A stretch of 64,000 nt of DNA, taken from assembly GCA_036172245.1 (NCBI GenBank), contig JAYWIR010000018.1, positions 124,001-188,000 of the forward strand. Reading direction: 5' to 3'. Both the position numbers and the translations under genes were made by a program. Within the stretch, counting starts at the first letter, position 1. Each line of letters begins with the position of its first letter. The notes beneath the pieces are model-generated. The model saw only the letters and a program-made list of their open reading frames with translations, was not told the DNA's origin and ran no database searches. This DNA is from Raillietiella orientalis (Eukaryota). Positions 1 through 12,896 of this stretch are shown piece after piece.

Positions 1-590
1 TTAAAGAAGCGTTTACGTCCATCCCCCATCAGCTCATTCTAGACACGTTGACCGTGCTAGGGGCCGGTAGTCAGTTCCATGGAATCATTGCGGAAATGTA
101 CTCGGAATCTACCACAACGATAGTGGCTTCCGGCGGACTTACGATCCCAATACCGATTCATTCCGCAGTGCGCCAAGGATGTCCCCTAAGTGGGCTGTTA
201 TTTAACATCGCTCTAGAACCCTTTATCCGAATCCTGAAGCACCAACACCCCTCTATTATTCCGCTTGCTTATGCAGACGATGTTGCGCTTATTGCTAGCT
301 CGATAAATGAGCTACAAATGGCCGTCACCACACTGACAGATTCAACCCGAGCTGCAAATTTGCAAATAAATCCAAATAAGTGCGGCTCCAAATAAGTAGC
401 CTCCCCACCGCATGTGCATAACACATCGCTGTCTGCGGATGGTGCACCAATTCCGTCCCTTTCCATCCAAGATACTTATAATTACCTAGGGAAACCGATT
501 GGCTTCGATCCACTCATTTACGACGGAAACGTGAATACCTTCATTGTCCATTTCAAATCCAACGCTGACCATCTCTTGCTAAGCCAACCG
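1..590 (+). mobile_element. Non-LTR retrotransposon reverse transcriptase remnant, possibly of the R2/NeSL/Utopia restriction-like-endonuclease type
   Basis: ORF 48-395 has VRQGCPLSGLLFNIALEP, AYADDVAL and LQINPNKC. After an in-frame TAA the same frame continues with DTYNYLGKPIG (RT domain 7). Clade assignment is an impression only. Confidence 0.85.
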
Positions 591-599
591 CACGGAAGT

Positions 600-3060
600 T
601 CAGTCGGATGGCTTGCTCATGATCCGCATTGCAAGATTCTGCATTTCTCGAGTCGTTACGTACTCGTGCCGACAAGAACTGTCCCTTTCCTTCTCTAGAA
701 GGCTCCTTTTTCTTCGGAGTTTAGAGAGAGTGCCAGCGTTCTACACGGCATCGCGAGGAACGTTGGAGACGACGTCCGGTGCCTTTCCCGATCTCCTCGA
801 AGGCAAGCGTTTCATGATTGACTGACTGGCTGCTTGCCGCCTTGCACCAAGCAGGCGTCTCCCGGCACCGGTGAGGACTGTCGCTCAGCAAGCACCTCCG
901 AACAACCGGAAAATCAGGACCTGGTACATGGAACGCGACTTGACCTGAGAACGCTCCTTACGCTTTCCTCCGAATGCCTACTTGCGGATTTCGTGGATAC
1001 CATCGAAGCTATTGTGGGCACAGTACGGCGGACCACCGTGTCCAAATACATCGCTCGCGAGTGGTCTCGGAGAGCGCACACATTGCCGAATGCAAGGAGC
1101 AGCCGCCTCTCTTTGGCGGTTTCTTCATCGCATGAAGACCTGGATTCTCGGACTCGGCCGTTGAGAACAAAACTGCTTCCTTGAAGATGCAGCGTTCCGC
1201 ATTTCCGGCTCGAACGTGTGCGACAACTGCCCGAAAGGTGCTCTCAGGCAACGCCCAAAGTGAGCCGCACTGGCCGACGGAGATAGCCAGAGCGCGCGGC
1301 GATTCCGCGCGCTGACCTTGGAGAGGAGTGCGGCGGAAGACCCGCGGAGTTGCCTCAACTCGGGGCGATTCGAGGCTTCCTGAATTCCAGGTCGCAGGAA
1401 GCGCCGAGAGGTCATGGAGTCGTGCACGCGGGAGGGCAGCGTCGGAGGAAAAGTTTCGAGTTGTCTCTGTGGGTGCAATCGAACAAGGACGAACGACCGC
1501 AAGTGCTCCTCAGGAACGGATGTCGGAGGGGATGGCGAGCTTCTCCAACGTGCGGATTCATGGGAGGCGTTCAAAGTTTTGCCTGCCCGCGAGCAGCCGA
1601 CTGCGACGGCGTGCGCTCGCCTTTGTGGAGACTAAAGGCTGGTGCCAGGAGCGCTCGTTTATTCTCGTTTATTCTTGTAGCATCGAGATGAGCTCCTTCT
1701 CCCGAATGAGACAAGTTGCAGGAACGCGGTTACGGCTGGCTCCTCTTGATCTTGGACGCCTCGAAGTACCTCAAGGTGCTTTCCCAGAAGTTGACCTCCA
1801 CCGTATACTTTTCAAAGAAGAGTCTGCCGAAATACGGCTTCATGGTGCTGACGACGAGGCTGGTACAGCCGTTGTCAGTTTTCCGGATATAATCCTGAGC
1901 AGTGAATCGGAAGATGGCGTTTCTTATCTGGAATTCCAGGTCCGGAGCAGCTTCCATCTTCTCGCAGTTTATCTACGTCCACGACAATTCCAACGGATCT
2001 CCCACCTTTCCCTTTGTACCTCCTCAGGTTCGGTCACGCCAAGAATGTCCAAGTATCTTCGGTACTCTTTTTCAGGCAAGCCCATCCCTTTATGGTTCAA
2101 GGTAAGTTGGAAGCTGATTCCTTCATCCGAAAGAGCTGTTTGTCCCAGTTTCATACTGAAAACAGATCGCTCATTGTGCGCTTGTCAAGGAGACACCTTG
2201 CAGTCTCGTCATCGACTCATTCATCCTTTACCTTTTCGCGGGAAATATCCACTGTTGTTCTTCCCTTACGTTATTGTAATCCAGGTATTGATTCTCACCC
2301 CAGATGTGGTCCCCGAATGTGAGAAATCCTTGCGCTTCGTTGGGTTCCCTGGAAAGAGTTTCCTCAGTCGTGGGAAATTCCGTGATTGCCAGTCTGCAGC
2401 ACGGCTGCTACTCCCGCATCAAGATTTCTGGCATCTCTTTTCTCCCAGAAAATTCAAGAGACGAAGTGAAGTGCATGGTGCTACAACATGGGCAGTGAGA
2501 TGTTCCCGCGTCGTAAAGAGGGCTTTGAAACAAAATTAGGCGCTGGATTGCTCCTGCTCCATTAGAAATCCTTTTTTGTCTCCACTGCTGGTGTCCTGTT
2601 TTGAATAGTGAGAGATCGCGGGCCAGTTGCATTGGGGTGGTGTCTGAGCGAACTGCTTTTCGCAAGCAGCATAACGTGGAGGACATCTTCAGGGAAGGAA
2701 ATCCTCGGTTTGTTTTGCGATCTCAAGAAAACTGACGTCAGCGAAACAGCTGTTTTCTGAATCCTGGGTATTCCTTGATGGAAATTCCTTAGATTGTTCT
2801 TGGTTCCTCGTTGCAATGGATGCCCTCGTTCATTCTTGCTGCCTTTAAAAAGCACCTTTTTTTGCATGTCAGTCTGTTTCCGGGTCTTGTCTGAGGCTCT
2901 TGTCAGAATGCAGAGGAAACAAGTATTCCAGATATCACCATCCGTTTTCCCTCGCATATCTCGTCGAGAGCAGATATTATTCCTAAGAATAGCACTGAGA
3001 CTGGTGTCCTAGCTCTCCGAATTGTTTCCCCAGTGCTTTTCTCCCCAGGACGGAGAGACA
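600..3060 (-). mobile_element. Heavily decayed LINE ORF2 remnant (L1/Tx1-like)
   Basis: Minus-strand fragments resemble RT motifs: NWPAIS near 2620 (cf. NWRPIS) and RRYLDILGV near 2050 (cf. KYLGV). Many stops and frameshifts. Confidence 0.5.
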
Positions 3061-3299
3061 AAATATGACAACTGTTGCGAAGGAAGAAAAAAATTCAAAG
3101 AACGCAGTCGTTTCTCTTTCGGTATGCCACCGCAATAAGGCCGAAAGGTCACTAATTGCTAGTCGAAGACGGACGAGACATTCCTCGGCAATGACAAGGC
3201 ACCCTTGTGGAAACCTGATTTTCTCGTTTCTTCAGTACAAATGGATGTCAAGCGGAAGTTTGCGAGCACCGTAGAAGACTACGTAGAAGGTCTTAGCGT

Positions 3300-6200
3300 T
3301 CCATGCATGCTACAACATCCAGTTCTTTGACAGAAATACCTCATAAGAGGAAAACTCGACAATCACGAAGAACAATTCCAAAGCGTTGCAGACCTCGGCG
3401 ATTTGATGAAACGACCTGGTGCACCCGCTCGCCCGCTGCATTGAGAAACGAATGATTGGTATTCGTGGCAGCCACGCCCATGTCCTAGAGGCGTGCAATC
3501 AGCTGCCTGCAGTGGTTGGTTTCTGTGAAGGAATCCCTGACTTTCTTGCATTTGCTTTCTTTACAATGTAGATAGCAGTTCTTAATACTTGTAGAAGACC
3601 GCATTTCTACAGACTGAGCTGATTTTGCATGCACGGCTCGGCTCACAAGAAATGCCGAAGGGTCCATCGTCAATATCCTACATTGAGAGTGGAGGAACCT
3701 TTGCACTTCTGTGATGTAAAAGTCTTGGCATCTTTAATCTTCCAGCAATGGCAAAGCGACACATGACATGATTTCAGCTGAAATTTCAAATCAACAAATC
3801 AATTACCTGTGGCATGAAATTGACATCTGATGATGTGGATTATCGTAGGTGGTGTCCCAGTTCTTGAAAAATGTGTATTGCATATCTGGCATGGGCGCTT
3901 CCCATCCAGGAGCGAGTCCCAATGTACCCTCGAGGGCGGTCTTCTCGTGCCTATCATTTTGGAAAGCGTCCTGCAAGACGAACACCTGGAGGAAGCGTTT
4001 ACCGTCTTGAATCTACGGTGCAGGAAGCACATAAGAAGCTGCTTCATGTCAGCTGCATTCCCACTCATCCTTGTCTACGAGTGCGCACATTCGCGAAAAG
4101 CTGGTAAAACGGCAGAGTGCAAAAGTTATCTTCCTGTTAACCAGTGATTCGAGGGTTGGGATCTGTGCATGGAATTCAGCGGCCAGGGGAAGTTTCATAC
4201 AAGCGTTGCAAACACCAGTGTTTGGTCTGCTCGTGTTTCCGAGTGAAATACCTTCGAAAGCGAAGCCACGCCCTCAAGTCAAGCGATAGGAAACTCTTCA
4301 TGACCCCATAATCCTCTGTACGCCGTAAGTGCTGCTTCTGGAGCAGCAGGAGTTGAAACGGATGGGAATTCATGCAGAGCGTTGGCGCACGGTTCCAGAA
4401 GACGAACATCGAAGAACGTGCATTGGAGGAGCACAAAAATTCCGCTCAGAGACACGTACAGGGGAAGAGATCGAAGCAAAGGCTGCTGCGGGCAAGGCGG
4501 CAAAGACAAGCGGAAGTCGCGGCCATTGCAGGAGAAACTCTGAACCCAACGACGCAGTGGCGTCAGTTTCTGCAGGAGTAATCGAACCCGTGACGCAGGG
4601 TGGTGCCACGCGCGGAAGCCTTAACCACAAAGCCTCCGACGCGGGCTTAAATCAGAAGATGGAAGAAAGCACAGACATTCTTATCGAAGGCTTGAGAGCA
4701 TCCCGATAAAATGAAAAATTATTGAAAAAAAAAAAAAGACGCTGTAGATGTGAACGCAGTTGTGCTTGAGGAATCACCTGAAAATAATCTCCAATCTGTT
4801 CTTCCTGAAAATTAATTCCAGTTTTAGGGAAATGTACACGGTGCTTTTCGTGAGTGGTGGATTCATTCCAAGCATACCTACGTCCCAGATCTGGAAGCAC
4901 GGTTTGGTAAAGCAGTTCCATGAAAGAACTTTTACCTTTTGACGTTGTTTGGGTTTTCGGATACTTTCTGAGAATCTTTACGTCATTTGCGTCCAGACAT
5001 GGTATGAGGCGGAGCTTTTTCGCAGGAGTGCCGACATTGATTTCCACGTACGCCACCTAAAACGCAGTATCCAATCTGTCCAGTCTGGACCCCACACGGC
5101 GCTCGTCATCTTCGAGATTCAGAGACGCACTTCTGCCTGCACGCAACCGCACTGTCGCTCCAGCACGCGAACCTATCCGCTACTAAGAGAGAGATTTGAC
5201 TCGGTGTCCAATGCCGGCTCACCTGCCCTGTCAAATACCCAGAGTAGCAAGCAGGATGCGTTTCGGCTTCTCCCAACCGTGCCCTTACCTGTCAGTGGTG
5301 CGAGGGATGGGGAAACTGGGGCGGTGGAACGCGGTGGCAAACGCAAACACATCGCTCGCAAAAGCTATTCCCCCCCCTTCCCCGATGCGAACTCCCACTT
5401 CGCCCACGTCTCCCGCGGCGCTTTACTCCCGGTTTTTGCTTCCTTCCGTACGGGGAAGCTTTTCACAATCGCGTTCACGCGGACAGGGGCAACTTCGACA
5501 GGAGGTGACCATCCACCGTTGCGCGCAGTTTGTCACGCAGGAAGGGAGTTCCTTGTGCAGTCTCTTTGGCTTGGATTAGCAGGTTCCGCCAAACGAGGAT
5601 GGCTTGTCCGGGAAGAAAAAAGGACACGATTCGTAGTCTCCCCAAGTCGCACATGAAGGCGCTGGCGTTGATGGCCGCGAGGTTGCAGTTTTCGCGCGTG
5701 GCACAAAACGTTTATCGGATTCGAATACCCACGTGGAGAATCCAGTACCGAGAATTTGGGAAGAAAGGGAGGGAGGGGTGCGTTGCGAATTTTGAGTTCC
5801 CCCGTAGGACGCTTGCCGACTCACAGGTTCCAGGATGACGCTTGTGCACGTCGGGTACCGGGTAACTAGCCGGAATAGGGAGTGGACCCTCCGGAGTCCT
5901 CCCAAGAATCGCAAGGCTTCGTGGTTCCGATCCAATTTGTGCAAAGGAGTCGACCTTCCCACGCATCATGGGGTTCCTATGCAGATTGCAGGCAGCGTGC
6001 TCCCTTAGGGAAGTTCCCTCAGATGGAAGTGTTTTCCGCATGTTTTTTTTCGGGGTAGTGAACAAGAAGCAAGCATCTCCCCTGACCACGTCCCGCACGC
6101 AAAACATGCGTGGCCCCGAAACCGCAAAGAGAAAACCCTGATTACTCGTAAGTTTGCCGTTCAAATGGAGGCTACAGTTCACAGTTTTCACCCTCGGGTG

Positions 6201-7400
6201 TACGTACGCACCCGCAGAAGGACCGTCTCACGGAGTCCCGGCCCTCTGCGTTCGAGGAAACCGTACTGGTGCGCTTACGTCATCGTTCTGGACGAAAATC
6301 GGAACTTTCTGCTTCCTCGAGGTTTCTTGCCTATTCTTCAGCTCAACGATAGCAGGTGCTTCATCCAGTCCATCTGTTCGGCTAGATCTCCGGGTCTTCC
6401 CTACCGTAGTTCTGGAAAAAGTAGCCATGAGCACGATGATTGCGGTCTGCCCAATAGCGAGCGGATCTTCCCTTCCATGGCAAACCATTTCAATCACAGG
6501 TCTGTAGATAAGGATCGCGGTAGCAAGAAGATGAAGCAGTCCTCAAGGAACGCAATGCCTGAGAGATGGCGTTGTTTGAAAATTTCGTGCCCATCGTGGT
6601 GCATCTTCAGATGCGAATATTGTGTTTCAAGAGTCCGCGTTAGCTGTGAAAGAGAAGCTGAGAAAGCCCTAAGATTGAGAATGCGCTTAAAAATGAGAGG
6701 TGTTCGCTTTAGGATGATCCACTGCGCACTCTCACTGCAAACTACCTGGCATTTCCGTCGATGTGGAATTTGTGCACCAATAAAAAGCCGAGAATCAAAA
6801 ACCTCATCCTTATCCAACGACTCTGGTCTTGCATTCGTTGCAGCAGGGCCCCTGTTAAAGAACATTCATGAAGCACATTGGGTTAGTATTGGAGCGTGCC
6901 AAGGAAACTTTTCAAATGACTTCCGGGATTCACCCGCATTGCGGTGCTCTCCTTCCTTACTCCTGTGGGGGTGCTAAGTTGGCTCAAACTTTTGTCATGC
7001 GCTGGTTCTGGGGATCGCCTCACCGGACACGTCCGCTTCAGGTGTGCAGAGCAGCAGTTCTTGCCAGATCAGGAGCTTCACCTGAGATTACCAGGAACGA
7101 ACCGACAGATCGGTGGGACTGAAACTCAGAAAATGCCAAGTGGTTTTCACTGCTGGGAACAGGAGGATGTTCTTTTCAGAGCGCAGCTTGTTTAAACGGC
7201 GGGAGGAATAACGTGAACTGGGCGACCATTCGTCCTCCGAATCGGAAACGATGGGCGCTTTATTGCCTCTCTTGTTTGCACCTCTCATCTTTTCTAACTC
7301 AGCCAAGAAGGGGCCCGGAAAACCTTTTCAGCCCTTGGAGCCAAGGAACACGAGAAGTTGAGTACAAGGGATTGCAGCCCTCTGAGTGCATCGCAGTCTG
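3300..7400 (-). mobile_element. Decayed LINE with ORF1 Zn-knuckle, APE-like and C-terminal Zn-finger remnants in the expected order
   Basis: Minus strand, 5' to 3': C..SAHLKRTCP knuckle near 7030-7060, RQETS near 6320 (cf. LQETH), VVRGDA near 6080 (cf. GDFN), CQICNTHF..HIIRC near 3830-3890. Confidence 0.5.
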
Positions 7401-8579
7401 AGTTGATATCGTGGAATTAATTTACCAACAGCATGGAGCCAAGCAGAAACAGTGGGAAGACTCTAGAAGCCACCCATACTCAAAGTATGGAAATGAATAC
7501 ATGGAACTGGGCGTGGTTCCTTTCAGAAAAAGAAGACGAATAGCAGCCGAGAGTTTTTTTCTGCGACACGATTTCATTTTTCTGCCATTGTCATGGCAAT
7601 TTTCACGGAAATCTTTGCAGCCAACTGTTGCTATGCGTTCCATTAGATGTCCGGAATACCTTCCCACAAGCAAGCAAGATCACCAGAGCATCATTTGTCA
7701 CACAAAATCATGCGATGAGCATTCAGGCGTGATGTAGCCCAGTGGAAGTTTACAGAAATTTAGAGCTAGTTCTAAGTCAAAAATGCAAATTGAAGCATTC
7801 CTGCTTTGTTCCTAGTTTTAAAAAGTCGTTGATCATTCGTGGAGCAATCTCTTTTAATGGTCCTAATTTCATCAATGCATCCATTCTTCACTCATGGCAA
7901 CATATTTAGAGCAATAATTACCTGACGTTTGATCCGCAGCCAGTGACTCCTTCCTGAATGGACGAGCGCGAATGACACTCGTGAAAAACTCTGCTTCCTG
8001 ATTAAGGGGAGCACTGGAGCAGAGGCCAGATGTGTGAATGATCTTCAACTCGAATGCTACTTAAACTATGGTCGGATGATCAGGTGCAAACTAGAAGACT
8101 CGATGGAATATGAGCTTGCTCTTAAGGGATTCTGATGACTGATGTCAATAATGACTGCGTGATAACAGAGCGACAGGACTGTATTTGGAAAGAATGAAAG
8201 CGCCACCTTGAGAATTTCTCCACTCTCTTCCACAGGAGATGGTATGGGAAACTGAGAAGAAAATTTCTCAGGCAATGTCTCCTTTATTCCTGCCTTGTAG
8301 TGTCGCACTTATGTCCTACATTGCTGTTTCAAGAGAGAACAAGCATTTCTTGTGATAGCCACGTGTTCTTAATGCGCAACAATTTTTTCCTACTGCCAGT
8401 ACATATACGAGAAAGAGATTGGCCATCCTTGCAAGAGATTTTTTCAGGCTTTTATTTCAGGAATCGAAGGAGCGCTCCGGAAAATGAGCCGAATAGCACA
8501 CGGAGCCATCCAAATGCTTGCTGCAACGCGGAAGCTGAGACCCCCTTGGCTGGCTTCCGGAATTGAAATATCGTGGCAT

Positions 8580-8950
8580 GAAGTTTAATACAAAGCGGAA
8601 AGGAAAGTGATGATGGGCATCAACGAAAGAAGTAACGTTTGGCTGCTTGCATCAAGGAAATTGAATTCTGATCACATCCCGGCAGCACCTTCATATCCAG
8701 ATTATATGGCAGGCTGAGAGATGGCATTCCCTTGCTGCTTGTTAAGCCAACATGGCATTCGTTGGTCACGCTTTGCGTCAGAAACAAAATGAAAACAGCG
8801 CCGTTAGATGGTAATATGTATTCTCCTCTCAACTGAAACTAGGTTGTCTTAATCATTGCCTTTTCATCCCCTATTAACAACATGTCTTTTGATCTGTCGA
8901 GTAAGATGAATACAGTCATATGACTAATATTTATGCCTTGTTTTCCCCAT
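8580..8950 (-). mobile_element. Short LINE RT remnant
   Basis: KGMPSLSLPYNLDMKVL resembles QGCPLSPLLFNLAMEVL, with a YDCI motif upstream (cf. KAYD). Confidence 0.4.
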
Positions 8951-9208
8951 GCTCATAAATTGCACATCTTAGAATATCTTGTGAAAGATTACAAAAAATA
9001 CCTGTTATGAAGTCAAGGAATCGTTAAGCGTTTTTCTCGATGGCACTTGGGAAGTGCCAGAACCAAGAACTCCATTTCTAATGCACTTGCAACATAGGCT
9101 GGGAGTAATCTATCCGCGGAATCATGCTCTGGATATGTCGCACGGCCCAGCTGCAGCAGCGAGTGGAAAATGTTGATGACTTCCTCATGTTCAGCTCCTC
9201 AGTAAGGG

Positions 9209-9368
9209 AAAACCTAAGGAAAATCTTACCTAGCGAAGGAAGACGTACATTCGGGCAGTGTTGTACATGGAGTTGCAATCTTACCCTCGCTACAGCTTTG
9301 CAACTCCTTGTACAACACTGCCTGAATGTACATCTTCCTTTGGAGGGTAAGATTTTTGTTAGGTTTTT
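9209..9368. repeat. Long imperfect inverted repeat: arms about 70 bp (9209-9278 and 9298-9368), 19-nt spacer
   Basis: Left arm aaaacctaaggaaaatcttacctagcgaaggaagacgtacattcgggcagtgttgtacatggagttgcaa matches the reverse complement of the right arm with about 10 mismatches. The ORF track gives near-mirror peptides on both strands. Confidence 0.9.
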
Positions 9369-10199
9369 TACTCGTACATGCCGAGACATCAAGATTTTAC
9401 AAAGAAAATTTCATAATGAAGTATTAAAAATGTTTACAGGCAGAACAGATATGGTTAGGTAGCAGATATGGTTTCCAGGGAGAAAGTTGGCTCCAATTCC
9501 AGCCACTCTTTCTCCTGCGAGAGTGGCGCATCTTTCTTATCCAAAGAAGGAAGATTTAGTGGAGAGAGATCCTTACGCCGATGCTATCTTGAAGACATGT
9601 CGATACGAGAGGTGAATCTCCTAGACATCATCCAAGACACTTCGGTAGCCATCTCTCGTGGCTATAAATGAGCTGAGTAAAGCGGTTTTTCAGCGCATGC
9701 TCACTGACAACAGTCTCCTCGCCAAGCAGCTAACACCTGAAACTTTTTGACTATTATGTCACGGCGCTGGCCTGGTTGAGAATTGTCGAGCTCAAGTCGG
9801 AGACTCAACAAGAGAAGGAACAGCCTCTTCTCTGTCTTACGATAAGCCAAGGACTGTAGGGCTGGCTACAACCCAGACGCGTACGGGACAACACCTGTTT
9901 CCCGCATTCGCCGCGAAACGAGGCTTTATCAATTCTCGTCAGCGCAGGAGTGACGGGAGACTTTCCCTTGCAACCCCCAAGCAATAGGATTATTGTTTGG
10001 GCGAAGGGGGGTCGAATAGTCGCTCTAAGGAGCGCGATAAATACGCAGAGTGGGTTGCCACAGGAACATACACGTACATGATAGAGAGCAAGTGGAGGTA
10101 GTTCGGGAAAGGGGCTCCGAAAGAGGGAGATTTTTAGAGCGTATGATGGATGGAGCACTCTCGAGACCTCTTAGGAGTTGCATCATCTTGCCTGGGACA

Positions 10200-10390
10200 T
10201 CGAGGTTCTCCGAGTCGGCGGTGTTGGTTGCTACCTGCACCTACACGGTGTACAACTACGAGTCTTCTGTCTCGATCCAGCACGGTGAGGAGTGGTTTGG
10301 GTAGGCTAGGCCATGGTGATTATCTGATACGCCTCCTGGAGGAATGAAAAAGTGGCAGCGGCATTACCGACGAACTAATGATGCCTGTAT
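10200..10390 (+). repeat. Diverged repeat copy, homologous to 11600-11810 in inverted orientation (probable LINE fragment)
   Basis: TYTVYNYESSVSIQHG..GLGRLG here versus TYTVYNFETPNSVQNG..GLGRLG at 11613-11801 minus. Both share attaccgacgaa. Confidence 0.7.
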
Positions 10391-11149
10391 GGGGGCTCTC
10401 ACCACCGTGAGAGCCTACCTTAGGCTGGTCTTGACAAACTAACGAACTTGGCACCAGACTAACACTGGTACCGGGGAACGCACTAACCCCTCGATGTGGC
10501 AGAATGCATTTTATTTTTGAGGAGCGAGGTTCGCACTAGAGAATTAAACTGGAGCTTAATTGTATATCAATTAGGATTGAAATCAATACAGAGCTGATTT
10601 CTTCCAAATCTATTCCTCTTGGACTTTTTTTTATAAAGACTCATGAATCCTGAAGAACCCGGTGAGAATGGTTCCGTGAAGAATATCCCCCAAGAGTGCT
10701 TCGGGCGAAAGCCCCAGAAGGCAGGAGACTACGTTCCCTGGCAGAAACCTTGGACAAGTACCTGCTTTACTTTCAACCCAGCGTCCATTGCTGGCTGCTT
10801 TAAAAGAGCTAGCTCGCAGAGTCTTCCAAGAACTATCCACCGATGACGTTAATATGGTCAAAAAGCTGATCCCTGAAGACTTTTTGACTACTACGCGACT
10901 GCCCTAGTGTGGCGCAGGATTATAGGTCTGAAGTCAAAAAAGACTCATCAGAACCTGACCATTGAAGAAGTTTTCCTCCGACTAGCTTCGACACAGGGTT
11001 TCTGTGTCCTCGAGCCTATGTGGCTTGAGACAACGCAGGTGAAGACTGAACGGCACCTGCAGCCAGAGTTCCCAGCTATGCCCACTACAACCGTGGATGG
11101 GATTCCAGGCTTACATGGAATGATTTCAACTACTTCCCTTAATGATTAT

Positions 11150-11810
11150 GGTTAAGAAATCCCGTGCCTTTGAATTGCGATCGGAATGATCTGCGCAAGA
11201 CTACGCGACCCTACCACAGTGGATTCCGCCAATTTGTGCAGACGGCTCCACTGTCAACCCAAATTTAATAGGATTTTGGCAAATTCAGGCACATAGAGAC
11301 GGAGCCCTCAACATCTTCACGAATGCAGGAGTATCCGAGACCTTTCCTCACCATCCGCAGGGAGCCGGATTCAACATGCAACTCTTGAAATCGATCTCCA
11401 TATTAGAGTCTTACATTTAGGAACTCCTGACTCTGGGGAAGGACCGCTGCTCCTTTTTGGTTGAGGCAGTAGAATAACAGACTCCTCGAGGTTTAGTATC
11501 AGGGGGCTCCCAGTGCGGTTCTAGAGAATATGTACCGGACGGACTTCGGGGCTGATTTCGAAACAGCATAGTCCGGGCTGGAGAAATTGACAGGTTTGGA
11601 ATGTTGGGTTCACTAATTCGTCGGTAATTCCCCCGTCATCCTTTCACTCCTCAAACAGCGACGAGGGAAACCGGTCCTCCCTAGCCGGCCCAAGCCGCTC
11701 TCCTCCAGACCGTTTTGAACCGAATTAGGCGTTTCAAAGTTGTACACGGTATAGGTGAGGGCGGCCAGTCCGGCGAACTCTGTCCACCGGCCTGAATTCA
11801 TTATGGGACG
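11150..11810 (-). mobile_element. Probable LINE fragment, partner of 10200-10390
   Basis: Nucleotide and peptide similarity to 10200-10390, plus weak endonuclease-like motifs (GDRF, ADHSD) further along the minus strand. Confidence 0.45.
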
Positions 11811-12159
11811 GAGACTTGATCACGTGACAGTGCCATCATTCCCGTACCCTGTTGTAACATTGAAGGCGGATTGGAGGTTCTCCGGGTGGGTCCCGATCCA
11901 AGAGGAAAAAGAACTTCCCATCAGATCTCATGGGTCGACCTCATTAAAATGCCCATTTGTTAGGCTATGAGAGCTCAGCTGCACACGCGAGGGATGACAC
12001 CTTCTCCTTCCCCGAGCGAGTGCAACCGCCACAAACATCCTGTGGTTTGCTGCTGGATGGAGAGGTGCCTTTGTTGGCACCCATTTGGAGGAGCTCACGG
12101 TGTGGGGGTGGGAAGGATCGAGCAAGAAGGAACTGGCGGGAGGAGGCCTGTGAGCTAGT

Positions 12160-12440
12160 AGAATTTTATGTTATAATTATTATTACTACAAATCAAAATA
12201 TTAAGTGGTAGTTTAATGACTATTATTTTAAGTTGGGATGGACTGGGTATTATTTCTTATTGTTTTGGTTATTTTTGATATGAATCGTTTTTATATGTTC
12301 TGATTATATAGGTATGTTGGACTGAGGCAATTAGGCGTGATATTCATGGGATTAGGGTTAGGTATGGGGATGTTGGTATATTATGATTTATTGATTCAGG
12401 TGTCAGGTTAAGTAATAGATATGGTGTTGTATTAATAGGG
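12160..12440 (+). pseudogene. nad5: NUMT: mitochondrial NADH dehydrogenase subunit 5 fragment, frameshifted and internally deleted
   Basis: 12198-12275 reads MLSGSLMTIILSWDGLGIISYC, then LVIF after a 1-nt shift (cf. GWDGLGLVSYCLVI). 12322-12399 reads LSQLGVMFMGLGLGMGMLVYYDLLIQ with AGG=Ser and ATA=Met (cf. TLSQLGLM..FHLLTH). Composition is abruptly T/G-skewed and AT-rich. Confidence 0.8.
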
Positions 12441-12834
12441 TCAGAATTTTTCAGAACGCTAATGGAATGAAATTTCTAATTTCATCTCTGGGAATGCTTA
12501 GAATGTCTTAGAATATTCATGAGATGGAACCAGTGTATTTGTATGTATTTTTCAGTGCAAAATAGGATTAATGCAATAAATGCAAAAGCAGGAGGGACGC
12601 AGAAATGAGGATTCTCGCTTTATGAGGGAGGGTTCATGCGTTCAGGGACGCGGCATTGTCCGTCCTGAAGGATATTAGAAGCAACCCCTGCTGCTGTTCC
12701 AGGGTTCGAAGCCGATGTCAACATCCCACTCAAGAGGTTTCGGTTGGAAGGGCACCCTGCTTGCGTTGGCTGCGGGCTACCCAAGGAAGCCTTTGAGGAC
12801 GGCCTTCACCTCCTCGCCCGAATGATGGGCAGTG

Positions 12835-12896
12835 GGGTGGTGGCTTTTAGCCAGAGTATGCTTTTGGGTGGTGGCTTTTAGCCAGAGTATGCTTTT
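12835..12896. repeat. Perfect 31-bp tandem duplication
   Basis: gggtggtggcttttagccagagtatgctttt occurs twice in tandem. Confidence 0.95.

Noticed and set aside
1328..2539. 403-aa plus-strand ORF (similarly 6165-6977, 22659-23531 and 25972-27045)
   Set aside because: These are antisense shadows of minus-strand retroelement coding sequence, with no recognisable domains.
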